A DNA stretch of 64,000 nt, taken from the IMG/VR virus record IMGVR_UViG_3300021961_000040, positions 44,075-108,074 of that record. The stretch is one strand, 5' to 3'. A program made the position numbers and the translations under genes. Below, piece after piece: positions 10,146 through 20,586 of the stretch. The notes beneath the pieces are model-generated. The model searched no databases. It worked only from the letters and a program-made list of their open reading frames with translations, and was not told where the DNA came from. This DNA is from a virus. Position 1 is the first letter of the stretch. The number at the start of each line of letters is the position of its first letter.

Positions 10146-10763
10146 TAAAGTAGAAGCTTTATATCATATGAGCAACCGCGGTGTTGTTCAAGAAATTTAT
10201 TATGTATCAGTGACTGCTGGAAATGGCGGAGGCTCATTTTCTAAGATGCGGAGAATTAAGTTTTTAAGTGAACTTGACGGTAAAGTTTATGACATGAAAG
10301 CACAAGATCTTCGTGTAATTAGAGAATAATCAACATATTTATTATAGAGTGAACAGTCAGACACGAGATATAACACGAAAATTCATCAGAGACATGACTG
10401 ATGCATGCATCGTTACTAACATTTTGCTGATGGTTTTATCTGTCATTTTAGTCGATTGGAACCTATTTAAAATTGCGGCTTTATCTGGAAGCCTGTTAGT
10501 TTTAAGTCGGTTGTATCGTTATCATGAGCAAAAAGAAGAAGACAAAAAGCAGTAAACTGAAAGATCTTTACTTAGATCGTCCAACTTCACACGGGGGTTG
10601 GCCTAGCGGTCATAGTGGAAGCTATAGAGACGCTGATACACCCGTCTACAAACAAATTGCAAAATACTTAGAAGATATGGGTCTTCTTGAGTCGCCTGAC
10701 CATGCTGTCTTGAGTGAACAAAAACTTAGACAGATCGTCAGGCGTTTTCTTTTAAACTCTTAA
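10126..10763 (+). other. Three short hypothetical genes (10126-10329, 10349-10555, 10524-10763)
   Basis: Consecutive or overlapping ORFs; the second is hydrophobic. Confidence 0.55.
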
Positions 10764-10771
10764 AATCAGGT

Positions 10772-11293
10772 ATGTTGATGAAAAATCTAGAAAAACTTAG
10801 AGTTCTGACCGAAAATATTAGCAGAGAAGAAGAAAAAAGAATACAAGAACTTTCTCTTTATCAGTCTTTTTTTAAAGAAATTCCTGTGAAAACATTTGTC
10901 TGGTCTATAGACAAAGATCTAAAAATAAGAGTTAAAAATAAAAAATCTTTAAAAGGTAATATCAGCGGAAAAGTTTTAAAAAACGGAACACTCAGAGACG
11001 CTTTTTCATGCAAAGACATGAATGAAATTAATATTCAATATCATAAATCTGCGCTTAAAGGATTTAAACAAACTTATCTTAGTTATGAAGAAGATTCTAC
11101 TTTTTTAACTACTTTAATTCCTGTAAAAGAAAATGATGAAAGAGTTGTTTACGGCTGTTCTTGGGACGTTACAACTATTATTGAAATTCTAGATTTGTCA
11201 AAGACATTGCCAGAAGATTGCAAAAAGTCTTTAACTCAAATTATAGAAAAAAATCCTATGTATAGCTTAGTAAGTCAATTGAGGTTAACATGA
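10772..11293 (+). CDS. PAS-fold-like protein
   Basis: FFKEIPVKTFVWSIDKDL, H..AL.G, L.PV....VVYG...DVT resemble a PAS/PAC pattern. Confidence 0.55.
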   Translation: MLMKNLEKLRVLTENISREEEKRIQELSLYQSFFKEIPVKTFVWSIDKDLKIRVKNKKSLKGNISGKVLKNGTLRDAFSCKDMNEINIQYHKSALKGFKQTYLSYEEDSTFLTTLIPVKENDERVVYGCSWDVTTIIEILDLSKTLPEDCKKSLTQIIEKNPMYSLVSQLRLT

Positions 11294-11616
11294 GTTCAGA
11301 TAGTCAAAATGGATGGGGCGAGTACTCTCGATTAGTTTTAAAAGAGCTTGAAACATTGGCAACGGGTATTGAATCTTTAAGATCTGAACTTCTTGATGTG
11401 AAGCAAGAACTTGCAGCAATTAGAGCAAAAGAAGACAAAATTCATGAACTGAGAGAATGGAAGTCTAAAATTGACGATGTGACTTCTCCTACACAACTTA
11501 AATCGCTTGTTAACGAAGTACAAGAATTAAAGCTTTTTAGGACAAAAGCCGTCACAGTATTTGCTGTAGTTCAGTTCTTGATGGCTGCCGCAGTTGCGGC
11601 TTCAAAGATTTTTTAA
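11290..11616 (+). CDS. Coiled-coil protein with C-terminal membrane anchor
   Basis: Heptad pattern followed by a hydrophobic tail. Confidence 0.6.
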   Translation: MSSDSQNGWGEYSRLVLKELETLATGIESLRSELLDVKQELAAIRAKEDKIHELREWKSKIDDVTSPTQLKSLVNEVQELKLFRTKAVTVFAVVQFLMAAAVAASKIF

Positions 11617-11998
11617 AAAATCAAAGTATGTAAACTTATTTCACTTAAGTTATTATACATTTAAGAAACATAGGAATTTAAGTGAAAGAAGTTTTAAAAA
11701 AGTATTATCTACCGCATAGAGAGTCTAAAGAATCTGAGAAAGATCTAGTCGAGAGAATTGATAAAAAGATTATTGAAGATCAATTTAATTATATTTCTAA
11801 TAGAGATATATTTATAAAAGAGGATTTTTGTGGCGATTCGCGAGAGAATTGAACTAAGAGAGATTAATGGTACGATGTACCTTATTAAATATAGCGAAGT
11901 GGATCGTCACGAAGGTTATACTAGTTATAGCTTTTGTTTTCTTCGTGAAGCATCTGAACAAGACATTAAAGAGCATAAATCTACAAAAGGAAAGTGAC

Positions 11999-12385
11999 TT
12001 GAAAAAAAATAAACCAGTTCTAGAAACACTTACTGGAAGCAGTGATGATACATCTACCATAGAAGAATTAGAAAAAAGCTTTGAGTCAATTGAAGAACTT
12101 AAAGTAAATGCTGAAGATGTAGAAGAAATGTTGCAAAAGTTACTTGATACAGACTGGGATGATGATATTGTAAATGAAATGGCCGGCCCGGCCTATATGC
12201 TCTCTTTGTCAAAGGATATAGAATACTTCTATAGCATTAATAGAAAGACGTTTGTACCAGTTAAAAATAATATTGAAGTAATTCCTGTGAGTATTGATCA
12301 AAATACTACCTCTAATTATTTTGCAATTAATAATGAAATATTTAGCATTGATTCTAGCAAAGTTATTTGTATTGGTTGGAACTAA
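11999..12385 (+). CDS. Hypothetical protein
   Basis: TTG start after GGAAAG preferred over 11867, which overlaps an upstream small ORF. Confidence 0.5.
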   Translation: MKKNKPVLETLTGSSDDTSTIEELEKSFESIEELKVNAEDVEEMLQKLLDTDWDDDIVNEMAGPAYMLSLSKDIEYFYSINRKTFVPVKNNIEVIPVSIDQNTTSNYFAINNEIFSIDSSKVICIGWN

Positions 12386-12723
12386 TGAAACTTGATCATG
12401 TCGCAGTAATTTCAACAGACATTGACGAGTCTGTTAAGTGGTATAAGAAAATGTGGGACGACGCAAAAGTCTTGTACCAGGATAATACGTGGGCGTTTTT
12501 AGAGTCTGAAGATTCTAAAATTGCTTTTGTTACTCCTAAACAACACCCATCTCATGTTGCTTTTAGAGTAGAAAGTAAAGAGCAAGAAGATTTTTTAAAT
12601 ACAATGTTTCCTAATCACGGGTGGAAGCTTCATAGAGATGGTTCAAAGTCTTTTTATGCCAAAGACCCTTCTGGTAATTTTGTTGAGTTTATAAAATATG
12701 AAGAAATTAAAAAAGAAAATTAA
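12385..12723 (+). CDS. VOC/glyoxalase-family protein
   Basis: LDHVAV..DID.S..WY, HVAF.V, HRDGS.SFY.KDPSGN.VE. Confidence 0.88.
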   Translation: MKLDHVAVISTDIDESVKWYKKMWDDAKVLYQDNTWAFLESEDSKIAFVTPKQHPSHVAFRVESKEQEDFLNTMFPNHGWKLHRDGSKSFYAKDPSGNFVEFIKYEEIKKEN

Positions 12724-13446
12724 AGACTTTGTTTACGTGGTCAACTATCCAGCAGGTGTAGATGAACAATGGGATAAGGAGGCTATTGAAAGCTTTAATA
12801 AGCTTTTAGATAGCTCAAATTTGATATTGCTTATTGTGATTTTTGGAATACCCGTAGGAAGCTTTCTTACACTATTGATACAAAATTATGGGAAATAAAT
12901 CAAGCCTATTTGAATACTTATTTATAATTGCGATTATAGTGCCTATTGTGTATTATCAAGTTATTAAGTTAGCAATTAAATCTGAGTTTTTATATGACAG
13001 AATTAGAAATAATAAAGCTTCTTCTAGAAGAGCTGGAAGGACAAGCTACACACTTAAGGGTATCAAGAGGTTACGGTGTTGGGCATCCTCACTGGGAAGA
13101 AAGAGCTGGAAAGCAGATGTTGGGTGATACTCCTTATGCACCAGAAGAAGAAGAATCAAAAGAAACAACTCAAGAATTTAAAAAAGTAAAAGTAAGTAGA
13201 GTATTTAAAAAATGAATTACCTGAAAATGTATTGTGATATTTTTGGTTTAATACTCAAAAAAGACAGTGTCTTTGACAAAGAAAATAATCTAGTTGGGAA
13301 AGTCGAAGACAAAAAATATATCCACTTCACATATCAGAGCAACCCGGTCAAACTATCAGATCTTTGGTTAGCTGTATTTGAAAGAATTCGTGTACATTGA
13401 TTAAATCCAAAGTATAATAAAAGCAACCATTTTAAAGGAGCAAAAA

Positions 13447-13638
13447 ATGGCAACCGTTAAAGCTAAGAAAAATGAAAGACCCGATTCTCTAATTAGACGT
13501 TTTCAGCTTGCAGTCGAGCAATCAGGAATTATGAAGGAACTTAAGCTTCGTCGATATTTTATGACAAATGCTGAAAAGAAAAAAGCAAAGCGTAAGGCAG
13601 CTGAAAAGCGCCGCCGCAAAGAAGCAGAAGGCAAGTAG
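13447..13638 (+). CDS. rpsU: Ribosomal protein bS21
   Basis: E..DSLIRRF...V..SGI..E.K.RRYF....EKKK.KRKAA.KRR; own promoter at 13390 and SD AAGGAG. Confidence 0.88.
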   Translation: MATVKAKKNERPDSLIRRFQLAVEQSGIMKELKLRRYFMTNAEKKKAKRKAAEKRRRKEAEGK

Positions 13639-13665
13639 AATTCCAGAAGTATATTTATATATACT

Positions 13666-14082
13666 ATGAAAATAACTAGACAACAACTTAAAAGTATCGT
13701 CAAAAAAACACTTTTTGAAAATACATTAAGTAAAAATAATGATATTAATATCACGATGGACGTCCCTAAAAGAGAGGGCGTAACTTTTTCAGTCAAAGCT
13801 ATTGGAACTAGAATAGTAGCAATTCTTGAATCAGAAGAAGGTCATCGTCGAATTGGCGACAATGATGAAGATAAGAAAATTCTTTTAGGAATTTTAAGAG
13901 CTACATTAGAAACAACTAGTAAAGAAGATACAAAAGAACACCTTGTTAGGTTGATTGCTAGACTGACAGGGGAATCTGAGTCTGAAATTGATATGCCGGC
14001 GATGATGTCTAAAATATTAAATGATAGATCTTTAGCATCTTATTCACAGCATATTCAAGACAAGAATACAAGACTAGTTTAG
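13666..14082 (+). CDS. Hypothetical protein with MKITRQQLKSIV leader
   Basis: Leader motif; ATATTTA motif at 13651. Confidence 0.65.
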   Translation: MKITRQQLKSIVKKTLFENTLSKNNDINITMDVPKREGVTFSVKAIGTRIVAILESEEGHRRIGDNDEDKKILLGILRATLETTSKEDTKEHLVRLIARLTGESESEIDMPAMMSKILNDRSLASYSQHIQDKNTRLV

Positions 14083-14355
14083 ATGTGGTATGTTTACATT
14101 GTAGAATGCAAAGACCAATCGCTCTACACAGGCATAACTAATGATATTGCTCGGAGAGTATCTGAGCATAATAATTCTAAGCGTGGTGCAAAATATACTA
14201 GATCAAGAAGACCTGTAAAATTAGTTGCACATTGTCTTGTAAAAGATAAATCAACAGCCCTAAGATTAGAACATAAAATAAAGTCTCTAAAGAAGAGCGA
14301 GAAAATTGCTTATTTACTAAAGGAGAAAAGCAATGAACTGGAAGACATTGAGTAA
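14083..14355 (+). CDS. GIY-YIG nuclease (UPF0213/YhbQ-like)
   Basis: WYVYIV.C.D.SLYTGITND..RR..EHN...GAKYTR.RRPV.L. Confidence 0.92.
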   Translation: MWYVYIVECKDQSLYTGITNDIARRVSEHNNSKRGAKYTRSRRPVKLVAHCLVKDKSTALRLEHKIKSLKKSEKIAYLLKEKSNELEDIE

Positions 14356-14722
14356 AATTGAGATGAGAAACCGTGAAAACGAAACTGAGAATTTTGTAAT
14401 TCAATACGACGGTAATTTTTACCGAATCCAGAATGAGTTTGGTAACATTAGTTTTGAGTTCGATGTTTCGTCTGGGTATGCATTTGTAGAAGAGTTGAAC
14501 AGTATTATTTCTTCTGATATTGAGAGTGAGATTAATACTTTCTTGAATGAACAAAACATGCAAAATGACAATGATTGCTGCAGTGATGTTGACACCAATC
14601 CTCAAATGAACCTCTTTGATAATAAAAATATTAATTACAAGAATTCAAAGTCAGTAAAACCATCGAAGGGTCTTAATATTATCAAGAATGGCGTCGGTAT
14701 TACTTTAAAGAAGAATGGGTGA
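14333..14722 (+). CDS. Hypothetical protein
   Basis: SD AAGGAG upstream. Confidence 0.6.
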   Translation: MNWKTLSKIEMRNRENETENFVIQYDGNFYRIQNEFGNISFEFDVSSGYAFVEELNSIISSDIESEINTFLNEQNMQNDNDCCSDVDTNPQMNLFDNKNINYKNSKSVKPSKGLNIIKNGVGITLKKNG

Positions 14723-14725
14723 TAC

Positions 14726-15304
14726 GTGGGAAATCTTGCCACTGCAAAGTCTGTAACTTTTTTAGATATCGAAACAACGAATTTAGACCCTAAGAAAAGT
14801 GCAATCCTCCAGATCTGCTTTATTACAGATTGGGAAGGAGGACAACAAGATGTTTGGTCCACAAAGATCAAACCAAAAGATATAGAGCTTAGCTTTGCAT
14901 CAAAAGATGCATTAAAGATCTGTAACTACAGTGATGATGAATGGCAAGATGCACCCAGCTTTCAAGAGGTAGCCCCAGAAATTTCAAAAAGATTGACTTG
15001 GGGCCCTCTTGTAGCACATAATATCAATTTTGATCTTTCTCATATTCGATCTGTCTTTAAAAGATATGGGTGGACAGAAGTCGATCGGGTTGCTGAACTA
15101 GAAAAAGAAAAACGTTTTAAAGTAGGTTATCCAATTATTGATACATGTGCCCTCGCTTATCTTTTCTTGCCAACAGAAAGACAAAATCTTAATGAACTTA
15201 GAGAATATTTTGACATATCAGACGATGGAGCACACGAAGCCGCAAAAGATACACAAGATTGTAGGCAAGTCTTTTACAGCATAATCGGAGAAAAACTAGG
15301 ATAG
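14726..15304 (+). CDS. DEDDh 3'-5' exonuclease (DnaQ-like)
   Basis: FLDIETT, AHNINFD, IDT, AHEA..D. Confidence 0.88.
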   Translation: MGNLATAKSVTFLDIETTNLDPKKSAILQICFITDWEGGQQDVWSTKIKPKDIELSFASKDALKICNYSDDEWQDAPSFQEVAPEISKRLTWGPLVAHNINFDLSHIRSVFKRYGWTEVDRVAELEKEKRFKVGYPIIDTCALAYLFLPTERQNLNELREYFDISDDGAHEAAKDTQDCRQVFYSIIGEKLG

Positions 15305-15520
15305 CGCTGAGTGCATAAAGTTAAAAAAGGAATTAAAATACTTCTATGGAAATAAAAAGAATTCTTTCTACTAAAGAAGCAGAAGAAGCATCACATGTCA
15401 AAAAAATTCAACCGATAACAGAGAGTTTTTTAAGAGAAAACTACGATATTATTTTGGAAGATATTGAGTGGGATAGGTATGCCCCGGAAAATACATTTCT
15501 AAATACGTATAGGAGACTTT

Positions 15521-16762
15521 ATGAAAGTAGTGGAAATTCTAGAAGAAATTAAATCAACTTCTAAGTCAACTGAAAAACTAGCAATTATGAAGAGAAATTC
15601 TAACAACATTTACTTCAAATCAGCGCTACACTATTCAAGTAACCCATTTAAACCTTTTCATGTTGCAAAAGTTCCAAGAGTAAAGGCGACTGAAAGAGCT
15701 GCAAATTTACTTTCTGAAGAAACTGCATGGCCTGCTTTTTACTCTTTGCTAGATCAGTGTGCATCAAGATCCGTGACAGGAAATGTTGCTATTGATTTGC
15801 TACATTCTCTTTTTCAAACTGTAGATAAAAATACAGAATCATGGATGCGAAAGGTTCTTAACAAGCATCTTGCAATTGGTATATCTGTCAAGTCTATTAA
15901 TAAGGCATTTCCAGGATTTATTCCTACTTTTGAAGTATCTTTAGCTCAAAAGTTTGACATGAAGCGAATCGGAAATAGGAAAACAGTTGCCGTCGAACCT
16001 AAGCTCGACGGCATTCGGTGTTTCACTATTGTTGAGGGCAAATCAGCAATTATGCTTGCTCGCTCCGGAAAGCCAATTACAAATTTTAACGATACTATTT
16101 TAAAAGAAATCATTAAGATGGGTGATGGCTGCTACGATGGCGAGCTTATGGGTAAAGACTTTATTGATCTTATGAAGCAGGCATATCGAAAAGAAGGTAC
16201 TGATATTTTAGGAACATATCTTGCACTTTTTGATTTTCTACCGATTCAAGAATGGAACTCAAAAAAGAGTACAACTTCTTGTCAAAAACGATTTGAAATG
16301 CTTTTCGATCGTTTAAGCAATCCAGAAGTAAATCTAGAGCTTATTAGACCTGTTGAAAGAATTGAGTGTTACCCTGACTATGAAGAAATTAAAGAAATAC
16401 ACGATTCTTATGTCAAGGAAGGTTTTGAAGGTGCCATGATTAAGTTTCTTGATGCACCTTATAAGTTTGGCCGAGGATATGAAGTTATGAAGCTTAAGGC
16501 TTTTCATGACGTTGACCTCCCTATTACAGGGCTTCTAGAGGGAACTGGAAAACATGCAGGGAAACTTGGATCTTTTCAGGTAGATTACCAGGGGGTGGAA
16601 GTTCAAGTAGGTTCTGGGTTAACAGACGATCTTAGAGAAGTTGTCTGGAAAGATCAAGAAAGCTTTCTAGGCAGAATCATTGAGGTTCGTTACCAAGAAG
16701 TCACGCCAGATGGGTCTCTTAGATTTCCTACTTTTGTATGCTTTAGAAATGACAAGAGTTAG
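15521..16762 (+). CDS. ATP-dependent DNA ligase
   Basis: EPKLDGIR (motif I), DGEL, EGAMIK, KLK, GSG, LRFP. Confidence 0.95.
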   Translation: MKVVEILEEIKSTSKSTEKLAIMKRNSNNIYFKSALHYSSNPFKPFHVAKVPRVKATERAANLLSEETAWPAFYSLLDQCASRSVTGNVAIDLLHSLFQTVDKNTESWMRKVLNKHLAIGISVKSINKAFPGFIPTFEVSLAQKFDMKRIGNRKTVAVEPKLDGIRCFTIVEGKSAIMLARSGKPITNFNDTILKEIIKMGDGCYDGELMGKDFIDLMKQAYRKEGTDILGTYLALFDFLPIQEWNSKKSTTSCQKRFEMLFDRLSNPEVNLELIRPVERIECYPDYEEIKEIHDSYVKEGFEGAMIKFLDAPYKFGRGYEVMKLKAFHDVDLPITGLLEGTGKHAGKLGSFQVDYQGVEVQVGSGLTDDLREVVWKDQESFLGRIIEVRYQEVTPDGSLRFPTFVCFRNDKS

Positions 16763-17627
16763 ATCGATAATTCTATGGCTGATATTGTTATCCTGCAACC
16801 CACAGTCTGCAAGTGAAATAAAAGAAGTTCCAGGAGTCTTACCTTCGCAAACGCTTTTTGAAGAAGTAAGAATTGATCCAAAAAGATGTTCTTATCAAGA
16901 CTGTATTTGTACTGTAAGAATTCCTCCTTATCGACCACAATACGTTGAAAAGACTCGGAGATCTTGGACCAGCGTCTTTTTTCAAGAATCTGAGTACGAT
17001 CTAGCAGATGGGTACAAGAGTAGAATAAATGATTTTATGAGCGCCAGAATGAATGCTGACGCTGTTCTGGTAATAGGATATACAGATGGTTGTGGATCTT
17101 ATAATTACAATACAGTACTTTCTAAAAACAGAGCATTAGTAGTTTCTAGATTTATTAGAAGTTTAGGTTTTAGAAATAAAATTGTAACCGCAGGCATGAG
17201 TGAGATAACATCAACACACTCAGACCTTGCGAAGAGAACAGATGTAGTCGCTTCTTTTGACTTTAGAATGGAAGTGCCTCCGCCTAATTTAGTAGCCGAT
17301 CATTATCTTTTAGATGCTTCAGGGTCGGTGCAAGATTATTCATTTTGGGTTAATATAATTGCAGCAAATAAAAAACCTGCAAGCAAGCTGCACTTATCTT
17401 ACACTCTTGCTTGTAGTGACGGTACGAACGCAAATACAGTTAGTCCTGCAGGCCCAACAGAAATTTGGTGGTCATATTGGCAAGTTCTAGACAAAATGAG
17501 CCCAGGACAAACTCTGTTGATATTATCTGATTTTAATTCTAGATACAGTCTCACGGCAGCAGAAAGTAGTGCCTTTATGAAAAAAGTACAACAAAAAGGA
17601 GTAAGAGTTCATGCAATCAGACTTTAA
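16749..17627 (+). CDS. Lipoprotein with OmpA-like peptidoglycan-binding domain and vWA-like C-terminus
   Basis: LILLSC lipobox-like signal; GYTD..G...YN..LS.NRA..V OmpA motif; LLDASGS and ILSD resemble MIDAS residues. Confidence 0.7.
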   Translation: MTRVRSIILWLILLSCNPQSASEIKEVPGVLPSQTLFEEVRIDPKRCSYQDCICTVRIPPYRPQYVEKTRRSWTSVFFQESEYDLADGYKSRINDFMSARMNADAVLVIGYTDGCGSYNYNTVLSKNRALVVSRFIRSLGFRNKIVTAGMSEITSTHSDLAKRTDVVASFDFRMEVPPPNLVADHYLLDASGSVQDYSFWVNIIAANKKPASKLHLSYTLACSDGTNANTVSPAGPTEIWWSYWQVLDKMSPGQTLLILSDFNSRYSLTAAESSAFMKKVQQKGVRVHAIRL

Positions 17628-18441
17628 AACTGTTGAAATTACAGATGTAGAAACTTTACAGGTGCTTTCACATCCAGTTGTTCAAAATGCTTTTCGGAGC
17701 GGCGGATGGATAGCGGGAGGTTTTCCTCGATTGGTTGGACGAACAATTCTAAGACCACATCGTCTTGATAGTATTTCATCTAACAAGTCAAAACTCTTTC
17801 AATTTTATTTTCAAAATAGAGGAGACATAGACTTCTTTTTTCGTAATCATGATGATTTTGCAAGTGCTGTGACGAAAGGAGCTTATCATCAGTCTGCTTT
17901 TGCACATAACATGTGGCTTCATAATCGCGAAGGCGTCTTATCACTTAAAGTACAGCTGGTAAATAAATTTTACTATGACACTATTAAACAAACATTCGAT
18001 TCTTTTGATTTTTTAAATTCTTGTTACGCAATTGTACAAATTAATCGAAAATATTATCTCACATACGATGAAGCCGCTAACGATGCAGATATTGCAAAAG
18101 AGCTTGTCATTAAACATGCAAATTCTCCGTATACTCTTCAAAGAATAGTCAAATATCTTAATGACCGAGGACTAGAAAAAGTCTCAAAAAGTTCTTCAAA
18201 AAATCTTGAAGAACTTTTGATAAGATCTGCTTCTAAAATTTTTGATAAAAAGTATTCTTTTAGTTTAGCTGAACCTTATATTAAAAAGTCAATAGATTTT
18301 ATTTTCACGTCAGGGTTGGTTAGTCCTGAAAATGCTATCTACTTTATCGGTAAATATAGTAAAGTCATTAAACAAAAATATGGACCATCAATTATGTCAG
18401 ACTGGGCTTCAGACATAATTGAAAAGAGTGCAACTTGCTAA
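17611..18441 (+). CDS. Nucleotidyltransferase-fold protein
   Basis: WIAGGF.R ... GDIDFFF ... VQLV ... FDF pattern of pol-beta superfamily NTases. Confidence 0.6.
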   Translation: MQSDFKTVEITDVETLQVLSHPVVQNAFRSGGWIAGGFPRLVGRTILRPHRLDSISSNKSKLFQFYFQNRGDIDFFFRNHDDFASAVTKGAYHQSAFAHNMWLHNREGVLSLKVQLVNKFYYDTIKQTFDSFDFLNSCYAIVQINRKYYLTYDEAANDADIAKELVIKHANSPYTLQRIVKYLNDRGLEKVSKSSSKNLEELLIRSASKIFDKKYSFSLAEPYIKKSIDFIFTSGLVSPENAIYFIGKYSKVIKQKYGPSIMSDWASDIIEKSATC

Positions 18442-18478
18442 AAAAAGATATATGATATAAATAAAGAAGGAGTATACT

Positions 18479-18844
18479 TTGATTAAAAAGACAAAAGTTT
18501 GCATTCATTGTGAAATTGAATTCGATCTTAATTCTACTGCAAAGAAGTATGCTGGAGGAAAGATTAATGAATGCCCGGATTGCGTTGAAGAGCTAGGAAC
18601 AGAAACAGCAGTTAAGTATCTCGGACTCCAGGCCGGAGATGGCAAGGCTAATGCATTAAGCATTGTTGCATTCGAGTCAGATGACGACCGTGAAGCCTAT
18701 TCAAGCGCATGGAAAGCAGTTACGGGGCATCATAAGGGTAAGTCCTGTCAGCTTGGTGGAGTCCAGACTAATATTGGAAATAGACCGATGCGTCATGTTG
18801 CTTATGCCGGCGGAAATGGAAATCACAAAGGCAAAGCTGACTAA
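18479..18844 (+). CDS. Hypothetical Zn-ribbon protein
   Basis: CxxC...CxxC; own promoter (18428) and SD. Confidence 0.6.
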   Translation: MIKKTKVCIHCEIEFDLNSTAKKYAGGKINECPDCVEELGTETAVKYLGLQAGDGKANALSIVAFESDDDREAYSSAWKAVTGHHKGKSCQLGGVQTNIGNRPMRHVAYAGGNGNHKGKAD

Positions 18845-18901
18845 TCAATAAAAAGTCTCCTGATTCTATAATTACTATTAATAGATCAGGTAAAAATAAA
18901 A

Positions 18902-19717
18902 ATGAAAAAAATATTTGAAGATTGGAGAAGCTTTCTTTTAGAAAGAAAAACAGACGTTCTTTATGAAAAGATTGCAGACTATTTTTATAGTTTGTTACAA
19001 GAACATGAAAAATACTTTTGGAAATTTACAGATAATTCTCAAGATTATTTTGAACTTGCTTTGAAAAATCGTGTCATAACTAAAGAAGAATTTGCAAGAT
19101 ACCAAAAATTAACTGGTGATGACACAGTTATGTCAACATATACAGACTTTTATGTTGCAATGTCTAAGTTTGGAGTAAAAGCAACAAATCAAAACGTTCG
19201 TCCAGGAGCAGCAGCTGATATGTCTAATAAAGGCAAAATGAGAATCTTTGTTAGTAGTCAGCCAAAAACTGTTTCTTCTTTTGTTCAAAATATACATCCT
19301 TTAACTTTTAGACATGAAATAGCGCATTGGCTAAATTCAATAAGAAGCGGCTTTAAAAAATATCGTTCTAAAGGTGTTGGAAAAAGTACTTCAAAATCAT
19401 TTAATCCAAGAGAAGCTTACTATTACGCTAATAGCACAGAAGAGATACAAGCAAGAGCTGCAGAAGTTTTTAATATAATTAAAAAAGCAGTTTTTCGTCA
19501 AGTACCTGAAAATTCACAATTTCCAGACGATCTTATTGCAAAAGATTTTCAAAATTCTTTGCGCGAAAGAAAACCTAAGATGTTTGTCAAGCATGCTATA
19601 GAAAATTACGCCTACGATTACTTTTTCTACCATCTTTTAACAGAAAAAAATAAAAGAAGGCTAATAAAAAGATTTTATGAGATGTATAATCACCTTGTAG
19701 AAAAAGAAAATCTATAA
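18902..19717 (+). CDS. HExxH zinc-metallopeptidase-like protein with MKKIFEDWRSFLLE leader
   Basis: HEIAH and downstream Y.NS.EEI.A. Confidence 0.6.
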   Translation: MKKIFEDWRSFLLERKTDVLYEKIADYFYSLLQEHEKYFWKFTDNSQDYFELALKNRVITKEEFARYQKLTGDDTVMSTYTDFYVAMSKFGVKATNQNVRPGAAADMSNKGKMRIFVSSQPKTVSSFVQNIHPLTFRHEIAHWLNSIRSGFKKYRSKGVGKSTSKSFNPREAYYYANSTEEIQARAAEVFNIIKKAVFRQVPENSQFPDDLIAKDFQNSLRERKPKMFVKHAIENYAYDYFFYHLLTEKNKRRLIKRFYEMYNHLVEKENL

Positions 19718-19729
19718 AGGAAAAATCAG

Positions 19730-19921
19730 ATCAAAACTCTTAAAAAAGTTATTTTGTGGAGAATTTTATCAATTGCTTTAACTTATTTTGTAACTTACGC
19801 TTATACAGGTGATATAAAGTCTGCAACTGGATTCACAGCTATTTTACATTTAGTTTTAATGGCTGCTAATTATATATTCGAGATTTGTTGGGAAAATACT
19901 ATAGGCTCACAGAAAGAATAG
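19730..19921 (+). CDS. DUF2061-like small membrane protein, apparent ATC start
   Basis: KTLKKVILWRILS...YTG.I..A reading frame; AAGGA SD 8 nt before ATC; no ATG/GTG/TTG before the conserved region. Confidence 0.45.
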   Translation: MKTLKKVILWRILSIALTYFVTYAYTGDIKSATGFTAILHLVLMAANYIFEICWENTIGSQKE

Positions 19922-20513
19922 TTTTTATGTAAGTTTCATAATCTACAAGATAAAAATCTTCTCCTATTTGCATCCATTCTGGATGCATGATGTGTCCTCT
20001 GATGTGTATATGACTCCAACCAAGAGCATGTCCTAACTCATGCTCTAAAGAAAGTCTTTTTTCTAAAACAAATTCCTTACAAATAACATCAGCATTTAAT
20101 ATTTCATAGGAATCAAATTTTGTGGCAGTTATAGTAACTGCAATTTTATTTTCTAAAATTTCTGCTTCGTTAGATCTTGGAAGTCTAATTCTAATGCTGT
20201 TAAAAAAAGGAGATTGTGCCATACACTCTCTAAATAAGTCTCCTTTTCTAACTTCTCCGAATTCATATCCGAGTTTTTCCCAAAACAACAAGACACTTCT
20301 TATTTCTTCTGTTGTAGCAATTTCGTCACAGATAATAATACTAGGATAAGATTGCTTAGGCCAGTAAGCTAATAAATTATTCTTCTTGATAAACTTTGAT
20401 TCTTCAGTATCAATAATAGAAGTTGGATTATTTTTTAACTGATCAAAGTTTTTTTCTTCGAGATTACAACTAGAAATGCAGAATAAAATAATAAAAAATC
20501 GTAAAATGTTCAT
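19899..20513 (-). CDS. Matrixin (M10)-like metalloprotease lipoprotein
   Basis: HELGHALGWSH plus Met-turn (HIMHP); ISSC lipobox-like signal. Confidence 0.75.
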   Translation of the reverse strand: MNILRFFIILFCISSCNLEEKNFDQLKNNPTSIIDTEESKFIKKNNLLAYWPKQSYPSIIICDEIATTEEIRSVLLFWEKLGYEFGEVRKGDLFRECMAQSPFFNSIRIRLPRSNEAEILENKIAVTITATKFDSYEILNADVICKEFVLEKRLSLEHELGHALGWSHIHIRGHIMHPEWMQIGEDFYLVDYETYIKTILSVSL

Positions 20514-20586
20514 GAAATAAATATTTTAAAATGTTTAAAATTTTGTTTTGTGTTATAATTTTTTGAAGACTAATTTTGGAGAACAA

